Part shown: positions 19,428 through 30,276 of the stretch, piece by piece | Position numbering within the stretch: position 1 is the stretch's first letter | Layout: each line of letters starts with the position of its first letter | NCBI GenBank assembly: GCA_963813815.1 | Contig: CAWFAD010000012.1 | Span: 32,001 to 96,000 of the forward strand | Source: an uncultured bacterium | Lineage (GTDB): Bacteria > Krumholzibacteriota > Krumholzibacteriia > Krumholzibacteriales > Krumholzibacteriaceae | DNA length: 64,000 bases | Direction: 5' to 3' | The notes under the pieces: generated by a model | Seen by the model: the letters and a program-made list of their open reading frames with translations, nothing else | Told to the model about the DNA's origin: nothing | The model's database searches: none | Translations under genes and position numbers: made by a program

Positions 19428-21806
19428 TTACTTGAGATCGACGACGACGACGCCGTCTCCCCCGCGCGAGGGCTCTCCCGGGCGCACGGCGGCGATGCGC
19501 GGGTCCTTGCGCAGCATGTCGTAGAGGGCCCTCTTCAGGATGCCTTTGCCGATGCCGTGGATGATCACGACGGTCTCGAGCCCCTGAAGAACCGCGCGGT
19601 CGAGGAAGACATCGACGCGTTCGAGCGCCTCGGCGCGCTCGAGCCCGCGCACGCTGATCTCCGCGGACACCTCCTCGCGCGGCTCCATGCTCCACGAGAC
19701 GGACGGTCCGGCCCTTTTCTTCCCCGTTCGATCCGAACGGAAGAGATCGGCCCGGCCCGTCTCGACTCTGAGGCCGCCCTCGAGCTCGAGAACGACCCTC
19801 GACTCGCCGGCGGAGAGCACCTTTCCATCCTTGCCGAGACTCCCGATGAGCGCCCACTCGCCGGGGCGAATATCCCCGCCGGGGAGCGGCGCCGCCGGCG
19901 GCCGTTTCTTCGCCGCGGCGAGCGATCGCTCGAGATGCCGGCGGCGCTCGGCGACGAGCTCGTGCGCGCCGCGGACGGCGGAGGGCCCCGCCTGCGCGGT
20001 CCGGATCTCCCGAATGAGGGTCTCCATGTCCCGGCGGGCCGAGGTCACGATATCGAGCGCCTCCCGCCGCGATCGCGTCAGAAGGTCATCGCGGTCCTGT
20101 TCGATGCGATCGAGATGATCGCGGTAGCTTTCGATGAGCCCGGAGAGGATCCCTTCCTTCCGAACGAGCTCGCGGCGCTCCGCCTCGGCGAAGCGCTCGG
20201 CCTTTTCGAGATGCGCGAGAAGCTCCTCGAGATGGAGGGCCTCCGCCCCTATCATCGAGCGGGCCCGCTCGATGATGCCGGGCGGAAGGCCGAGTCTGCC
20301 CGCCGTTTCGATCCCCCAGCTGCGTCCCGGCACGCCCATCCGGAGCACGAAAAGCGGCTCGAGACTCGCGGGATCGAACTCGAGCGTTGCGTTCATCGCT
20401 CCCGCCGTGTCGTGCGCCCATCCCTTGAGCGAGGTGAGATGCGTCGTCACGATGACGCGCCCGCACCGGCTCATGAGATGCTCGAGAACCGCCTGCGCGA
20501 GAGCGGCGCCCTCCTCGGGATCGGTGCCGTCCCCGATCTCGTCGATGAGCACGAGCGAGCGCTCGTTCGCCCGCTCGACGATGCCGCGCAGGCACGCAAC
20601 GCGCGAGGAAAAGGTGCTGAGCGAAGCTTCGATCGACTGGTCGTCGCCGATATCGACGAAGACGTCGTCGTACCGCGGAACCGTCGAGCCCTCCGCGCAT
20701 GGAACGAGAAGCCCGGCGCGATCCATGACGACGATGAGGCCGATCGTCTTGAGGGCCACCGTCTTGCCTCCGGCGTTCGGCCCCGAGATCACGAGGATCC
20801 GCAGATCCTCGCCGCAGCGGACGTCGAGAGGCCTGGCCGCCCGCCCCGTGCCTTCCTCGGCGAACCGCTTCTCGAGGAGCGGGTGGCGCGCCCCGACGAG
20901 CGCGAGCGCGGCGCCTCGGCCGTGCTCGGGCGCCGTGCAGCGGAACCGCCTCGCGAACTGCGCCTTCGCCGACGCGCAGTCGAGATCCCGGAGAACGTCC
21001 TGATTGCCGAGGAAAGCGTCTCTCTCCGCGAATACCTCCGAGGAGAGCTCGAGGAGGATCCTCGTCACCTCGCCCCGCTCGTCCTCGAGGATGGATTCGA
21101 GACGATTGTTTCCGTCGACGAACTCGAGCGGCTCCACGAAGAGCGATGCGCCGCTCCCGCTCGCCTGATGCACGACACCCCGCACGCGCCCCGCTTCTCC
21201 GCGCGGCAGCGACACGACGTACCGTTCGCCGCGAATCGTCACGAACTCGTACCCCTTGCCGCCGCCGGCACGTCCGGCGTACTCGGCGAGGCGGCGTCGC
21301 AGCTCGGCCCGGAGCGACGACGCTTCCCCGCGCAGGCGAGCGAGTTTCGGGCTCGCCTCGTCGAGCACTTCGAAATCGCGGCCGATCGCGCGTTCGACGC
21401 GCCGGATGAACTCGCGCCGAATCCGGAATGCGCCCCCGCGTTCGGAGACGAGCGGAATCTCCGCGCGACAGCGCTCGAGAAATACGCTCGCTTCCGCCGC
21501 TTTCGCCTCCCCCGCCGCGATCGCGGCAAGCTCGGCGCCGGCGTAGAGGTGACCTTCCGCCTTCGCGAGATCGAGGAGGGAGTAAGTATCCTGCCAGCCG
21601 CCGAGGGGGACGGCCTCCCCCGCTTCCTCGAAGGCGGCGAGCTCTCGAATCTCCCGCCGGCTGCGCTCGGCCTCCTCCGTCGATTCGATCGGCGCGAGCG
21701 CGCGCAGCAGAGCCTTGGAACGATCGCCGCGCGCGAACGCGGCGATCATCTCGAGCACCTGGCCGAACTCGAGCTTCTCGGCGGCATGTGTAAAATCAGA
21801 ATGCAT
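19428..21806 (-). CDS. mutS2: Endonuclease MutS2 (Smr domain)
   Basis: KLEF, ARHPLL, ISGPNAGGKT, DIGDDQSIEASLSTFS, GTDPEEG, C-terminal IHGIGKG Smr domain. Confidence 0.95.
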   Translation of the reverse strand: MHSDFTHAAEKLEFGQVLEMIAAFARGDRSKALLRALAPIESTEEAERSRREIRELAAFEEAGEAVPLGGWQDTYSLLDLAKAEGHLYAGAELAAIAAGEAKAAEASVFLERCRAEIPLVSERGGAFRIRREFIRRVERAIGRDFEVLDEASPKLARLRGEASSLRAELRRRLAEYAGRAGGGKGYEFVTIRGERYVVSLPRGEAGRVRGVVHQASGSGASLFVEPLEFVDGNNRLESILEDERGEVTRILLELSSEVFAERDAFLGNQDVLRDLDCASAKAQFARRFRCTAPEHGRGAALALVGARHPLLEKRFAEEGTGRAARPLDVRCGEDLRILVISGPNAGGKTVALKTIGLIVVMDRAGLLVPCAEGSTVPRYDDVFVDIGDDQSIEASLSTFSSRVACLRGIVERANERSLVLIDEIGDGTDPEEGAALAQAVLEHLMSRCGRVIVTTHLTSLKGWAHDTAGAMNATLEFDPASLEPLFVLRMGVPGRSWGIETAGRLGLPPGIIERARSMIGAEALHLEELLAHLEKAERFAEAERRELVRKEGILSGLIESYRDHLDRIEQDRDDLLTRSRREALDIVTSARRDMETLIREIRTAQAGPSAVRGAHELVAERRRHLERSLAAAKKRPPAAPLPGGDIRPGEWALIGSLGKDGKVLSAGESRVVLELEGGLRVETGRADLFRSDRTGKKRAGPSVSWSMEPREEVSAEISVRGLERAEALERVDVFLDRAVLQGLETVVIIHGIGKGILKRALYDMLRKDPRIAAVRPGEPSRGGDGVVVVDLK

Positions 21807-21858
21807 CGGCGTTACCGCGGGCACAGGGCCGTTCGGACTGCCATTGACTGAAGGAAGA

Positions 21859-22422
21859 CTACGCGGTTCTCCCCTGCCGGGTTTCCTGGGAATCCTCGCG
21901 CCGCTCCTCCATGCGATCGATCGTCTCCTCCGGTTTGACGGGAGCGTTCCGGATGATGAGGCGGTACGTATTGGGCAGCACGGGCTCTATCCTCGCGGCG
22001 ATGGGATTCTCGCGAACGGCGTCCTTGAAAACCCTCGGAAGGGGAAGCCACTCGAGAATGACGAGCAGCAGACTCGCGATGAGCACCCCCTTGAGGGCGC
22101 CGAACGCCGCTCCGCCGATCCGGTCCAGCGGCCCGAGAGCGGTGGCGTTCACGATCTTCTGCAGCGCATGTCCTACGAGGGAAAAGATCACGAGGACCGC
22201 GACGAACACCGCGAACGAGAAGAAATAGAGGAGCGCGGAATGCGAAACCTTGAGCGATCCGGCCAGCGCCTCGGCGATGGCGTGGCCGTAGTAGTAGGCG
22301 CAGACAAAGGCCGCGATGAGCCCGGCGATCTCGAAGATGGCGCGAAAAAGACCCCGCCGGCCGCCGTCGAAGAGAAAGAAGAGGATGACGACACCGATAC
22401 CGACGCTGATGCCGATGTTCAT
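21859..22422 (-). CDS. cvpA: CvpA family membrane protein
   Basis: G-RRGL, four TM segments, LDRIGGAAFGALKG. Confidence 0.88.
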   Translation of the reverse strand: MNIGISVGIGVVILFFLFDGGRRGLFRAIFEIAGLIAAFVCAYYYGHAIAEALAGSLKVSHSALLYFFSFAVFVAVLVIFSLVGHALQKIVNATALGPLDRIGGAAFGALKGVLIASLLLVILEWLPLPRVFKDAVRENPIAARIEPVLPNTYRLIIRNAPVKPEETIDRMEERREDSQETRQGRTA

Positions 22423-22429
22423 ATCGCGC

Positions 22430-22888
22430 CTACGCTTTCCTCAGCAGCTCCGACACGATCCGGTTCACCGCGCCGCCGTCGACGCGGCCCTTGTATCGCT
22501 TCATCATTTCCCCCATCACGCGCCCCATGTCGCGCGGGGTCGCGGCGTTGATTTCGGCGATGACCACGGCCGCCTCGCGGCGTATGTCGTCGTCGCTCAT
22601 CTGCGCCGGAAGGTAGGGCATGACGATCGCGAGCTCGCGCTCTTCCTTCTCGACGAGATCCGGGCGATCGCCTTTCCTGAACTCCTCGATCGATTCCCTG
22701 ATGCGGCGCGCGTAGCTCGCGATGAGGGCGAGCTCGGTCTCCTCCGAAAGCTCCTCGCGCTCCTCGAGCTCCGCGTTCTTGAGGACGTTCAGGATCATCC
22801 TGAGAACGCCGATGCGATCCCTGTCCTGCGCCTTGACGGCGACCTTGAGATCCGCCGCGAGACGCTTGGCCATCTCGTTTCCCGCCAT
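22430..22888 (-). CDS. GatB/YqeY domain protein
   Basis: DLKVAVKAQD, ESIEEF..GDRPDL, YLPAQMS, DMGRVMG; own promoter TTGACA-18-TATAGT upstream. Confidence 0.92.
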   Translation of the reverse strand: MAGNEMAKRLAADLKVAVKAQDRDRIGVLRMILNVLKNAELEEREELSEETELALIASYARRIRESIEEFRKGDRPDLVEKEERELAIVMPYLPAQMSDDDIRREAAVVIAEINAATPRDMGRVMGEMMKRYKGRVDGGAVNRIVSELLRKA

Positions 22889-22998
22889 TGAAACCTCCCC
22901 CTGCGCGGTTATCCGCCGGGCCGCTCGGCTCACTATACTCGCGGCGGGCGCGGGATGTCAAGAAAGCGGCTCTCCTCCGCCGAACGTTGGGAACGGCC

Positions 22999-23721
22999 TC
23001 ACGCGCGCGAGGCGTCCCCGAGCAGCCGGTAGAGGAGGCATATGGCCGCGGTCTCCGCGCGGAGCCTCGTCGGGCCGAGGCCGAGAGGCTCGGCTCCCGC
23101 CTTCACGAGAAGGTCCCGCTCGGCGGGCGAGAACCCTCCTTCGGGGCCCACGATGCCGAGCGCGCCCCTCGAGCCGCCGGCGGCGCGCCCGCCCTCTTCC
23201 CCGCCGGGATCGGCGAGAAACACCCTCCCGTACGCCGGAAAGCGCCCCACGAGGCCGTCGAGGCCCTCGACCCGCTCGATCCCGGGAATATGCGCCCGGC
23301 CCGATTGCTTGCACGAGGCGACGACCTTGCGCCGCAGCCGCTCGATCCTGAGCGCCCCCGTCTCCTCCCCTCCCCGCGGAACGCACCGCTGCGAGAGGAA
23401 GAGAATAATCGTTCGCGCGCCGAGCTCCGTGCATTTCTCCACGGCGATTTCGAGCCTCGGCGTCTTGATCACGCTGAGGGCGATATCCACGGGCGGCAGA
23501 GCCGGGGCGCGCTCGAACGACAGGACGCGCATGACCGCGCGGTCGCTCTCGATGCGCTCGACGCGCGCCTCGTACAGCCCGCCCTTCCCGTCGATGAGGC
23601 GAACGATCTCGCCGGCGCGCACGCGCGAGACGCGCGCGCTGTGATGAAACTCCGGCCCGTCGAGGACGATGAGACCGTCCTTCGATGCGTCCGGCGAAAC
23701 GATGAAATATCTCGTTTTCAA
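22999..23721 (-). CDS. rsmE: 16S rRNA m3U1498 methyltransferase
   Basis: [39 protein letters not shown]. Confidence 0.94.
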   Translation of the reverse strand: MKTRYFIVSPDASKDGLIVLDGPEFHHSARVSRVRAGEIVRLIDGKGGLYEARVERIESDRAVMRVLSFERAPALPPVDIALSVIKTPRLEIAVEKCTELGARTIILFLSQRCVPRGGEETGALRIERLRRKVVASCKQSGRAHIPGIERVEGLDGLVGRFPAYGRVFLADPGGEEGGRAAGGSRGALGIVGPEGGFSPAERDLLVKAGAEPLGLGPTRLRAETAAICLLYRLLGDASRA

Positions 23722-24863
23722 TGATTCTCGCCGGACGATCTCCCGGCGGCGGGAGGCTTGTCGCGGGTCGCGCGATCGAGGCGTTCAAAGGCCTCGCGCT
23801 CTTCCTTGCCGATGTTCTGCGGCGTATAGGCCACGAGGCGCACGAGCTGGTCCCCCTTGCCGTACGCGTTCAAATGCGGCAGGCCCTTCCCCTTGAGGCG
23901 CAGAATCTTGTGCGATTGCGTTCCCGCGGGTATCTTCACGGCGGCCATCCCCTCGAGTGTGGGGATCTCGATGCGCGCGCCGAGGGCGAGCTGTGAGAAG
24001 CTCACCGGAAGATCGTAGAGAATGTCGTAGCCGTGGCGCTCGAATATCTCGTCCTCGGCCTCCTCGATGATGATGATGAGATCCCCCGCCTGCCCCCCGC
24101 GCGGGCCCTGATCGCCCTGACCCTCGAGGCGTATGTAGTTGCCGGAGGCGACCCCCGCCGGGATCTTGACCTCGACGCTCTTCGACCCCTCGCTGCGCCC
24201 TTCGCCGCGGCACGCGGGACACGGATCGGTGACGATCGCGCCCTCGCCCCCGCAGGCCGGGCAGGTTTGGATGTTGACGAATTGCCCGAATATCGAGCGT
24301 GACGTCTGTCGGATCTCGCCCGTACCGCGGCAGGTCGAGCACTGCTGCCGCGTGGCGCCGTCCTTGACGCCCTTCCCCTTGCAGCGGCCGCACGGCGTCA
24401 TCCGCGAGACCTTGATCTTCTTCGTGACGCCGGCCGCTATTTCCTTGAGGGTCAGGCGCAGATGTATCTGCAGATCGTTGCCCCGCAGCGACGCCGAGCC
24501 CCGCCGTCTCGAGGAGCGCTCGCCCCCGAGAAAGTCGTCGAAGCCGAAGCCGCCGAAGTCGCGCATGAAGGCGCGGAGCGCGTCGCTGAGGTCGAAGCCG
24601 CCCGAGAAGCCCTCGAAACCGCCCGCGCCCCCCGGACCCGACACGCCGCTGTGCCCGAACTGATCGTAGCGTCCGCGCTTCTCCTGATCGCGGAGCACCT
24701 CGTACGCCTCGGTCGCTTCCTTGAATTGCTCCTCGGCGTCCTTGTTGCCGGGATTGCGGTCGGGATGGAATTTGAGCGCGAGCTTCCGGTAGGCCTTCTT
24801 GATGTCATCGAGGGTTGCGTCCCGACTGACGCCGAGCACCTCGTAGTAATCCCGCTTTGTCAT
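23718..24863 (-). CDS. dnaJ: Chaperone DnaJ
   Basis: J-domain HPD, G/F region, four CxxCxGxG repeats. Confidence 0.98.
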   Translation of the reverse strand: MTKRDYYEVLGVSRDATLDDIKKAYRKLALKFHPDRNPGNKDAEEQFKEATEAYEVLRDQEKRGRYDQFGHSGVSGPGGAGGFEGFSGGFDLSDALRAFMRDFGGFGFDDFLGGERSSRRRGSASLRGNDLQIHLRLTLKEIAAGVTKKIKVSRMTPCGRCKGKGVKDGATRQQCSTCRGTGEIRQTSRSIFGQFVNIQTCPACGGEGAIVTDPCPACRGEGRSEGSKSVEVKIPAGVASGNYIRLEGQGDQGPRGGQAGDLIIIIEEAEDEIFERHGYDILYDLPVSFSQLALGARIEIPTLEGMAAVKIPAGTQSHKILRLKGKGLPHLNAYGKGDQLVRLVAYTPQNIGKEEREAFERLDRATRDKPPAAGRSSGENH

Positions 24864-24910
24864 GCCTCCCCAAACTCACCGTAGAGAATCGAACACGCCG
24901 AAAACCGTCG

Positions 24911-26743
24911 TCAGCCGCCGATGTTGAAATCCTTTCCAGCGGAGGTATTATACATGCTCTCGGCGATCTTATACACCGCAATCGACAGCCGCTCGCTGGC
25001 GCGCTTCAAATCGCTGAGATCGGCGGCCGGTTCGGCCATAAGCTCCTTGAGCTGGCGAAGCGACTGCTCGATCGTCTCGCGGTCGGCGCCGGAGACGCTG
25101 CCCCCGTGGTCGCGGAGCGTCTGTTCCGACGAATAGATGAGCACCTCGGCGTCGTTGCGGACCTTGATGGCGGAGCGTTTGTTCTCGTCCTCCATCGCGT
25201 GGGTCTCGGCGTCCTTGACCATGCGGTCGATCTCTTCCTGATGGAGACCGCTCGCGACCTTGAGCTGAATCTTCTGCTCCTTGCAGGTGCCGAGATCCTT
25301 GGCCGACACGTGCACGATGCCGTTCGCGTCGATGTCGAACGAAACCTCGATCTGCGGAACGCCGCGCGGCGCCGCCGGCAGGCCGACGAGATCGAACCGC
25401 GCGAGCGTGCGATTGTCCTTGGCCATCTCCCGCTCGCCCTGCAGCACGTGGATGCTCACGGCGGGCTGGTTATCGGTCGCAGTCGAGAAGATCTGGCCCT
25501 TGCGGCACGGAATGGCCGTGTTGCGATCGATGAGCTTCGTCATGAGCCCGCCGAGCGTTTCGATGCCGAGGGAAAGCGGCGTGACGTCGAGCAGAAGCAT
25601 CTCCTCCACGTCTCCGGTCAGCACTCCCCCCTGGATCGCCGCGCCCATCGCCACGACCTCGTCCGGATTGACACCTCTGTGCGGCTCCTTCTTGAAAAAC
25701 TCCTTCACGATCTTGCGCACGAGCGGCGTGCGGGTCGAGCCGCCGACGAGAATAACCTCGTCGATGTCGGCCACCGAAAGGCCCGCGTCGCGGACCGCCT
25801 GCTCGCACGGAACGAGCGTGCGCTGGGCGAGCGGATGGACGAGCTTCTCCATCGTCGCGCGGGTCAGCACCATGTCGAGGTGCTTCGGTCCGTCCTTGTC
25901 CGCGTGAATGAAAGGCAGGTTGATGTTCGTCTCCTGAACGCTCGATAGCTCGCACTTGGCCTTCTCCGCCGCCTCGCGGATGCGCTGCATCGCCATCCGG
26001 TCGCCGGCGAGATCGATCCCGTTCTTCATCTTGAAGTCGCCCACGATCCAGTCCTGAATGACGCGATCGAAGTCGTCGCCGCCGAGGAGCGTGTCGCCGC
26101 TCGTCGACTTCACCTGAAAAACGCCGTCCGAGAGCTCGAGAATCGAGATATCGAACGTGCCTCCGCCGAGGTCGTATACGGCTATCTTGCCCGACTTTTG
26201 CTTGTCGAGGCCGTACGCGAGCGCCGCCGCCGTCGGCTCGTTCACGATGCGCAGCACCTCGAGCCCGGCGATCCGTCCGGCGTCCTTCGTCGCCTGCCGC
26301 TGCGCGTCGTTGAAGTACGCGGGCACCGTAATGACGGCCTGCGTGACATCTCCGCCGAGATAATCCTGGGCGGACTGCTTGAGCGCCCTCAGAATCATCG
26401 CCGATATTTCGGGGGGCTGGTAGCTGCGATCCTTGAGCTGGACGAGAATTTCGTCGCTCTTGCCCTTGGCGATCGGGTAGGAAATGCGCTTGATCTCTTC
26501 CCCCGCCTCCGAGAAGCGGCGTCCCATGAAGCGCTTGATCGAATACACGGTGTTATCGGGATTGGTGATGGACTGGCGTTTCGCCAGCTGGCCGACGAGG
26601 CGCTCGTTGTTCTTCGCGATCGCGATCACGGAGGGCGTCGTTCTGGCTCCCTCCGAGTTCGGAATGATGACCGGCTCTCCGCCCTCGATCACGGCAACGC
26701 ACGAATAGGTCGTTCCGAGATCTATTCCGATTACCTTCGCCAT
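24911..26743 (-). CDS. dnaK: Chaperone DnaK (Hsp70)
   Basis: [42 protein letters not shown]. Confidence 0.98.
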   Translation of the reverse strand: MAKVIGIDLGTTYSCVAVIEGGEPVIIPNSEGARTTPSVIAIAKNNERLVGQLAKRQSITNPDNTVYSIKRFMGRRFSEAGEEIKRISYPIAKGKSDEILVQLKDRSYQPPEISAMILRALKQSAQDYLGGDVTQAVITVPAYFNDAQRQATKDAGRIAGLEVLRIVNEPTAAALAYGLDKQKSGKIAVYDLGGGTFDISILELSDGVFQVKSTSGDTLLGGDDFDRVIQDWIVGDFKMKNGIDLAGDRMAMQRIREAAEKAKCELSSVQETNINLPFIHADKDGPKHLDMVLTRATMEKLVHPLAQRTLVPCEQAVRDAGLSVADIDEVILVGGSTRTPLVRKIVKEFFKKEPHRGVNPDEVVAMGAAIQGGVLTGDVEEMLLLDVTPLSLGIETLGGLMTKLIDRNTAIPCRKGQIFSTATDNQPAVSIHVLQGEREMAKDNRTLARFDLVGLPAAPRGVPQIEVSFDIDANGIVHVSAKDLGTCKEQKIQLKVASGLHQEEIDRMVKDAETHAMEDENKRSAIKVRNDAEVLIYSSEQTLRDHGGSVSGADRETIEQSLRQLKELMAEPAADLSDLKRASERLSIAVYKIAESMYNTSAGKDFNIGG

Positions 26744-26785
26744 GGTGAGAACCCCTTTAATTCGAGATATTCCCCTAGATACATC

Positions 26786-27478
26786 TCACGACTTTTTTCT
26801 CGAGATCATGACGCGTGCCGGCCGTAGCGCTTCGCCGTGGAGCAGATATCCCTTTCGTACGACCTGCGCGACGCATCCATCCTCCAGAGTGTCGTCGTCG
26901 ATCTCACCGACCGCCTCGTGGTATTTCGGATCGAACTTCGCGCCGAGAGCGGCCATCTCAGTCACGCCCGCCCTTCCCAGTATTTCCATGAACCCCGCGC
27001 GAATGAGCCGCAAACCTTCCCGGTGCGCCTCGTCCATGCCTTCTAGTGCTGCGATGGCACGGTCGAAATTGTCGATCCCCCCGATGATTTCCTTGATGAG
27101 ATCGGCATTCGCACGCTTTTGAAGCAATTCCCATTCCCGATGAGTACGTTTACGGAAGTTCTCGAAATCGGCGGCAATGCGAAGCATCCTATCTTCTTTA
27201 ATTTTAAGCTGTTGAACCGCTTCTTTCGCCGTCCTATCGAGCTCCATGAGCTGTGTGTTCTTCTTCTGCAGGTGCTCGAGCAACTCCTTGCGACTCGCGC
27301 GTTTCATGCGCTTTTGCACGTGTTCCTCGCCGTCGGCTTGAGCCTCCCTTTCGAGCACGATCTCCGGGGACTCGGCGAGTTCGTCCGCCTTCTCCGCGTC
27401 GGGCCGCGCTTCCTGTCCACCCTCCGTCTCCGGCGCCGCCTTGGGTTCTTCCTGCTCCACGTCATCCTCCTCGAGCAT
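26786..27478 (-). CDS. grpE: Nucleotide exchange factor GrpE
   Basis: AADFENFRKR, DNFDRA, FDPKYHEAV, KGY...LRPARV. Confidence 0.96.
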   Translation of the reverse strand: MLEEDDVEQEEPKAAPETEGGQEARPDAEKADELAESPEIVLEREAQADGEEHVQKRMKRASRKELLEHLQKKNTQLMELDRTAKEAVQQLKIKEDRMLRIAADFENFRKRTHREWELLQKRANADLIKEIIGGIDNFDRAIAALEGMDEAHREGLRLIRAGFMEILGRAGVTEMAALGAKFDPKYHEAVGEIDDDTLEDGCVAQVVRKGYLLHGEALRPARVMISRKKS

Positions 27479-27485
27479 CCTGCCG

Positions 27486-28520
27486 CTATTCTCCTATTTG
27501 GATATGCGTGAGCTCCTCGACGGTCGTATCGAGGAGCGACAGCACCTGCCGGTAGGACATTCTCATCGGGCCGAGCACGCCGAGAATGCCGTCGCAATCC
27601 GACGTCCGAAACCGCCGGGTGACGATGGCGAAATCCTCGAGCTCGGCGATGCGATTCTCGCGCCCGATCGTCACCGAGAGATCCGTGTCGAGCCGGTTCT
27701 TGAGCACGCCGAGCATGATCGTCCGCTCGCCCATGAGCCGCACGAGACTCTGCAGAATCCTCGGATTGCTCAGCTCGTAGCTGTCCGCCTGGCGCTCGAT
27801 TCCCCGATACGAGTATTCGAGATCGTACGGCGAATCGAAGAGGAACGCCGCCTCGCGAAACACCGCCGAGACTATTTCGCGCTCGGTGCCCGCGCCCTCC
27901 CGCAGAAAGCTCTCGAGGCGCTCCGGCGCTCGCTCCAGAGCGTGTCCGGCGATCCGCTCGTTGATCATCCTGCCGGCGCCCTCGACGACGTGCGAAGGGT
28001 AGTCGCGATCGAATCGCACGAAGACCTTTCTCGCATCGCCGGGGGCCAGCGTGAGGATGACGAGTCCGCCGCGGCTCTCGAGGAGCACGATCTCGAAGCG
28101 CTCGACGACGCGGCTTGCCTGCACGACGCCCATCGTGAGCCCCATGTAATCGGTGATCTCGCTGAGAAGCCTCGACGTCGCCGCCATGAGCTCGCGCACG
28201 TCGCGCCAGTCCTGGCCGATTTTCGTGCGAATCCGTTCCGCGAGAACGCGGTTCGGCGGACCGAGCGCCCGGATGCCGTCGACGTAGAGACGATAGCCGC
28301 TGTCGCTCGGCACCCTCCCCGCCGAAACGTGCGGTTTGTGGATGAGCCCGAGATCCTCGAGACGATGAAGGATCTTTCGTATGTTCGCCGTGCTCTCCTC
28401 GAGCCTGAAGTGCGATTTTATCATCCGGCTGCTCACCGGTTCGCCCGTCGCGACGAATATGTCGATGACATTGCGTAATATTCTTATTTCGTCTTGAGTT
28501 ATGAGAATTTTATCGCCCAT
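27486..28520 (-). CDS. hrcA: Heat-inducible transcription repressor HrcA
   Basis: TGEPVSS, PHVSAGRVPSDSGYRLYVD, GVLGPMRMSY. Confidence 0.95.
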   Translation of the reverse strand: MGDKILITQDEIRILRNVIDIFVATGEPVSSRMIKSHFRLEESTANIRKILHRLEDLGLIHKPHVSAGRVPSDSGYRLYVDGIRALGPPNRVLAERIRTKIGQDWRDVRELMAATSRLLSEITDYMGLTMGVVQASRVVERFEIVLLESRGGLVILTLAPGDARKVFVRFDRDYPSHVVEGAGRMINERIAGHALERAPERLESFLREGAGTEREIVSAVFREAAFLFDSPYDLEYSYRGIERQADSYELSNPRILQSLVRLMGERTIMLGVLKNRLDTDLSVTIGRENRIAELEDFAIVTRRFRTSDCDGILGVLGPMRMSYRQVLSLLDTTVEELTHIQIGE

Positions 28521-28523
28521 GGA

Positions 28524-28550
28524 ATAGCACTCTCCTAGACGGACTGCTAC
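28524..28550. promoter_or_regulatory. CIRCE operator (HrcA binding site)
   Basis: ATAGCACTC-N9-GACTGCTAC versus consensus TTAGCACTC-N9-GAGTGCTAA, 4 nt before the hrcA ATG; promoter TTGACA-17-TACATT at 28589-28561. Confidence 0.88.
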
Positions 28551-28626
28551 ATTTCATAAGAATGTACGGAGTTCGGTCGCGATTGTCAAGAAAGAGGTCG
28601 AACCGGCGCCGGGAAAACGCGGAAGA

Positions 28627-29238
28627 TCAGCGAATTATATCCCCGATGCGCGAGAAACGGATCCAGTGCTTCCCGTAATCCAGAGAAAAATAGATGAAAA
28701 GCGCCTTGCCGCGCAGAAGCTTCCGGTTCACGGGGCCCCAGTAGCGGCTGTCGGAGCTGTTGTCTCGATTGTCGCCGAAAACGAGGATGTGATCCTCCGG
28801 CACGGTGTACGGACCGAAGGTGGGACGCTCGACGTCCCCATAGAGGTATTTCACGTACTTCTCTTGCTTCTCCACGCCGTCGACGAAGAGACGGCTGTCG
28901 CGAAACTCAACCGTCTGTCCGGCGACCGCGACGCAGCGCTTGATGTAGTCGGTTTTGCCGTCGCCGGGCCATTTGAAGATCACGATGTCCCCCGCACGAG
29001 GATCGCGCACCGCCGGCAGGAAAAGGTCCACGAAGGGCACCTTGGCCCCGTAGAGAAACTTGTTCGCGAAGAGAAAGTCCCCCTTGAGGAGCGTGTCCTC
29101 CATGGATTCGGAGGGAATGTGATAGCTCTGGATGATGAGGGCGCGCACGATGAGGGCGAGGATGACGGCCGTCGCGACTATCTCGACATACTCGCGCAGC
29201 TTCGATTTCGGTTTCTTGTCCTTGGTATCGGACTTCAT
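28627..29238 (-). CDS. lepB: Signal peptidase I
   Basis: IPSESMEDTL, DYIKRCV, GDNRDNSSDSRYWG. Confidence 0.96.
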   Translation of the reverse strand: MKSDTKDKKPKSKLREYVEIVATAVILALIVRALIIQSYHIPSESMEDTLLKGDFLFANKFLYGAKVPFVDLFLPAVRDPRAGDIVIFKWPGDGKTDYIKRCVAVAGQTVEFRDSRLFVDGVEKQEKYVKYLYGDVERPTFGPYTVPEDHILVFGDNRDNSSDSRYWGPVNRKLLRGKALFIYFSLDYGKHWIRFSRIGDIIR

Positions 29239-29384
29239 CGCGGCCTCCCGTGAATGTTGACGCCCGCTCTCCCATACGTGATCGCGGGCGCGTATGTTCC
29301 AGTAATACTAACCGTTTCGGTCGTCCCGCGCAAATGCCGATTTGCCGCTGAGCCCGGCGCGACGCGGCGTCCGCCGCCGGGCGA

Positions 29385-30128
29385 TCAGTAACGCAGGACG
29401 ATCTGCAGTCCCACGCGGTCGGCGGAGGCCGCCGGGGCGACCTGGAAACGCATATCGTCGAGATGCGCGTCGACGTAGGCGTCGATCACGATCACGAGCA
29501 CGGCGGCCGCCGACCACCAGATCCAATCCACGGAGCGGTCCCAGTACTCCGTCACCCACGAATCGTGAAATCGCCATTCGCTCGAGCTCACCGGATAGGT
29601 GTCGCGCACCGCTTTCTCGCGGCTCCAGAGACGCCGATTCTGATAGATCATGAGCGTGTAAAAGGTTTCGACGCCCATACCGATCGCCGCTTTGAGCGGC
29701 TTCTCGTTGTACATCTGGCCGAGCCCCGGGAAGGTGAGCGCGCAGAGCATGGCGACCCGCCCGCTGCGTCTCTGCCGATACTCCTTGCCCGCGAACCCCG
29801 CCGTCTCGCCCCCGAGGATCGATTTGAGCTCGTCCATCGTCCAAACGCCGCCCTCGGGAGGCGCGAACGCCGTATCCGGCCGCGCGGCGCGGACGGAATC
29901 GGAGCCGCTCGCCGACGCCGTGTCCTCCGGAGCGACCCACGCCGTATCCGCAACCGGCGAGGCGGCCGAATCCGCGGCGGCCCGGACGGCGTCGGCCGGA
30001 ACCGCGGCGATCGATCCCTCAGGCCACAGCGGGCCGCCGGCCGCCACAGGGTTCGCGGCCGCGAGGACGCCGAGCATCGCCAGCGCGACGGCTATGGTTT
30101 TCCCGTAAAATGCAGGTTTCAGAGGCAT
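29385..30128 (-). CDS. Exported/membrane protein, DUF5683-like
   Basis: Signal-like N-terminus, AMLCALTFPGLGQMYN and IDAYVDAHL motifs. Confidence 0.7.
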   Translation of the reverse strand: MPLKPAFYGKTIAVALAMLGVLAAANPVAAGGPLWPEGSIAAVPADAVRAAADSAASPVADTAWVAPEDTASASGSDSVRAARPDTAFAPPEGGVWTMDELKSILGGETAGFAGKEYRQRRSGRVAMLCALTFPGLGQMYNEKPLKAAIGMGVETFYTLMIYQNRRLWSREKAVRDTYPVSSSEWRFHDSWVTEYWDRSVDWIWWSAAAVLVIVIDAYVDAHLDDMRFQVAPAASADRVGLQIVLRY

Positions 30129-30137
30129 ATATGAATC

Positions 30138-30235
30138 TGGCGGGAATGTGTGGGAATCGAACCCACCCCGGATGGTTTTAGCACCCGGCGGAAGGATTTG
30201 AAGTCCTCGAGGTCCACCAGAACCCATCCATTCCC
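30138..30235 (-). tRNA. selC: tRNA-Sec (anticodon UCA)
   Basis: 98 nt, GGACTTCAAATCC anticodon arm, 6-bp D stem with TGGT loop, long variable arm, GGTTCGATTCC T arm, G discriminator plus CCA. Confidence 0.95.
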
Positions 30236-30276
30236 GCAACGCCGCAACACGTCCCCCCGCGATCCCCGGCGCCGGC

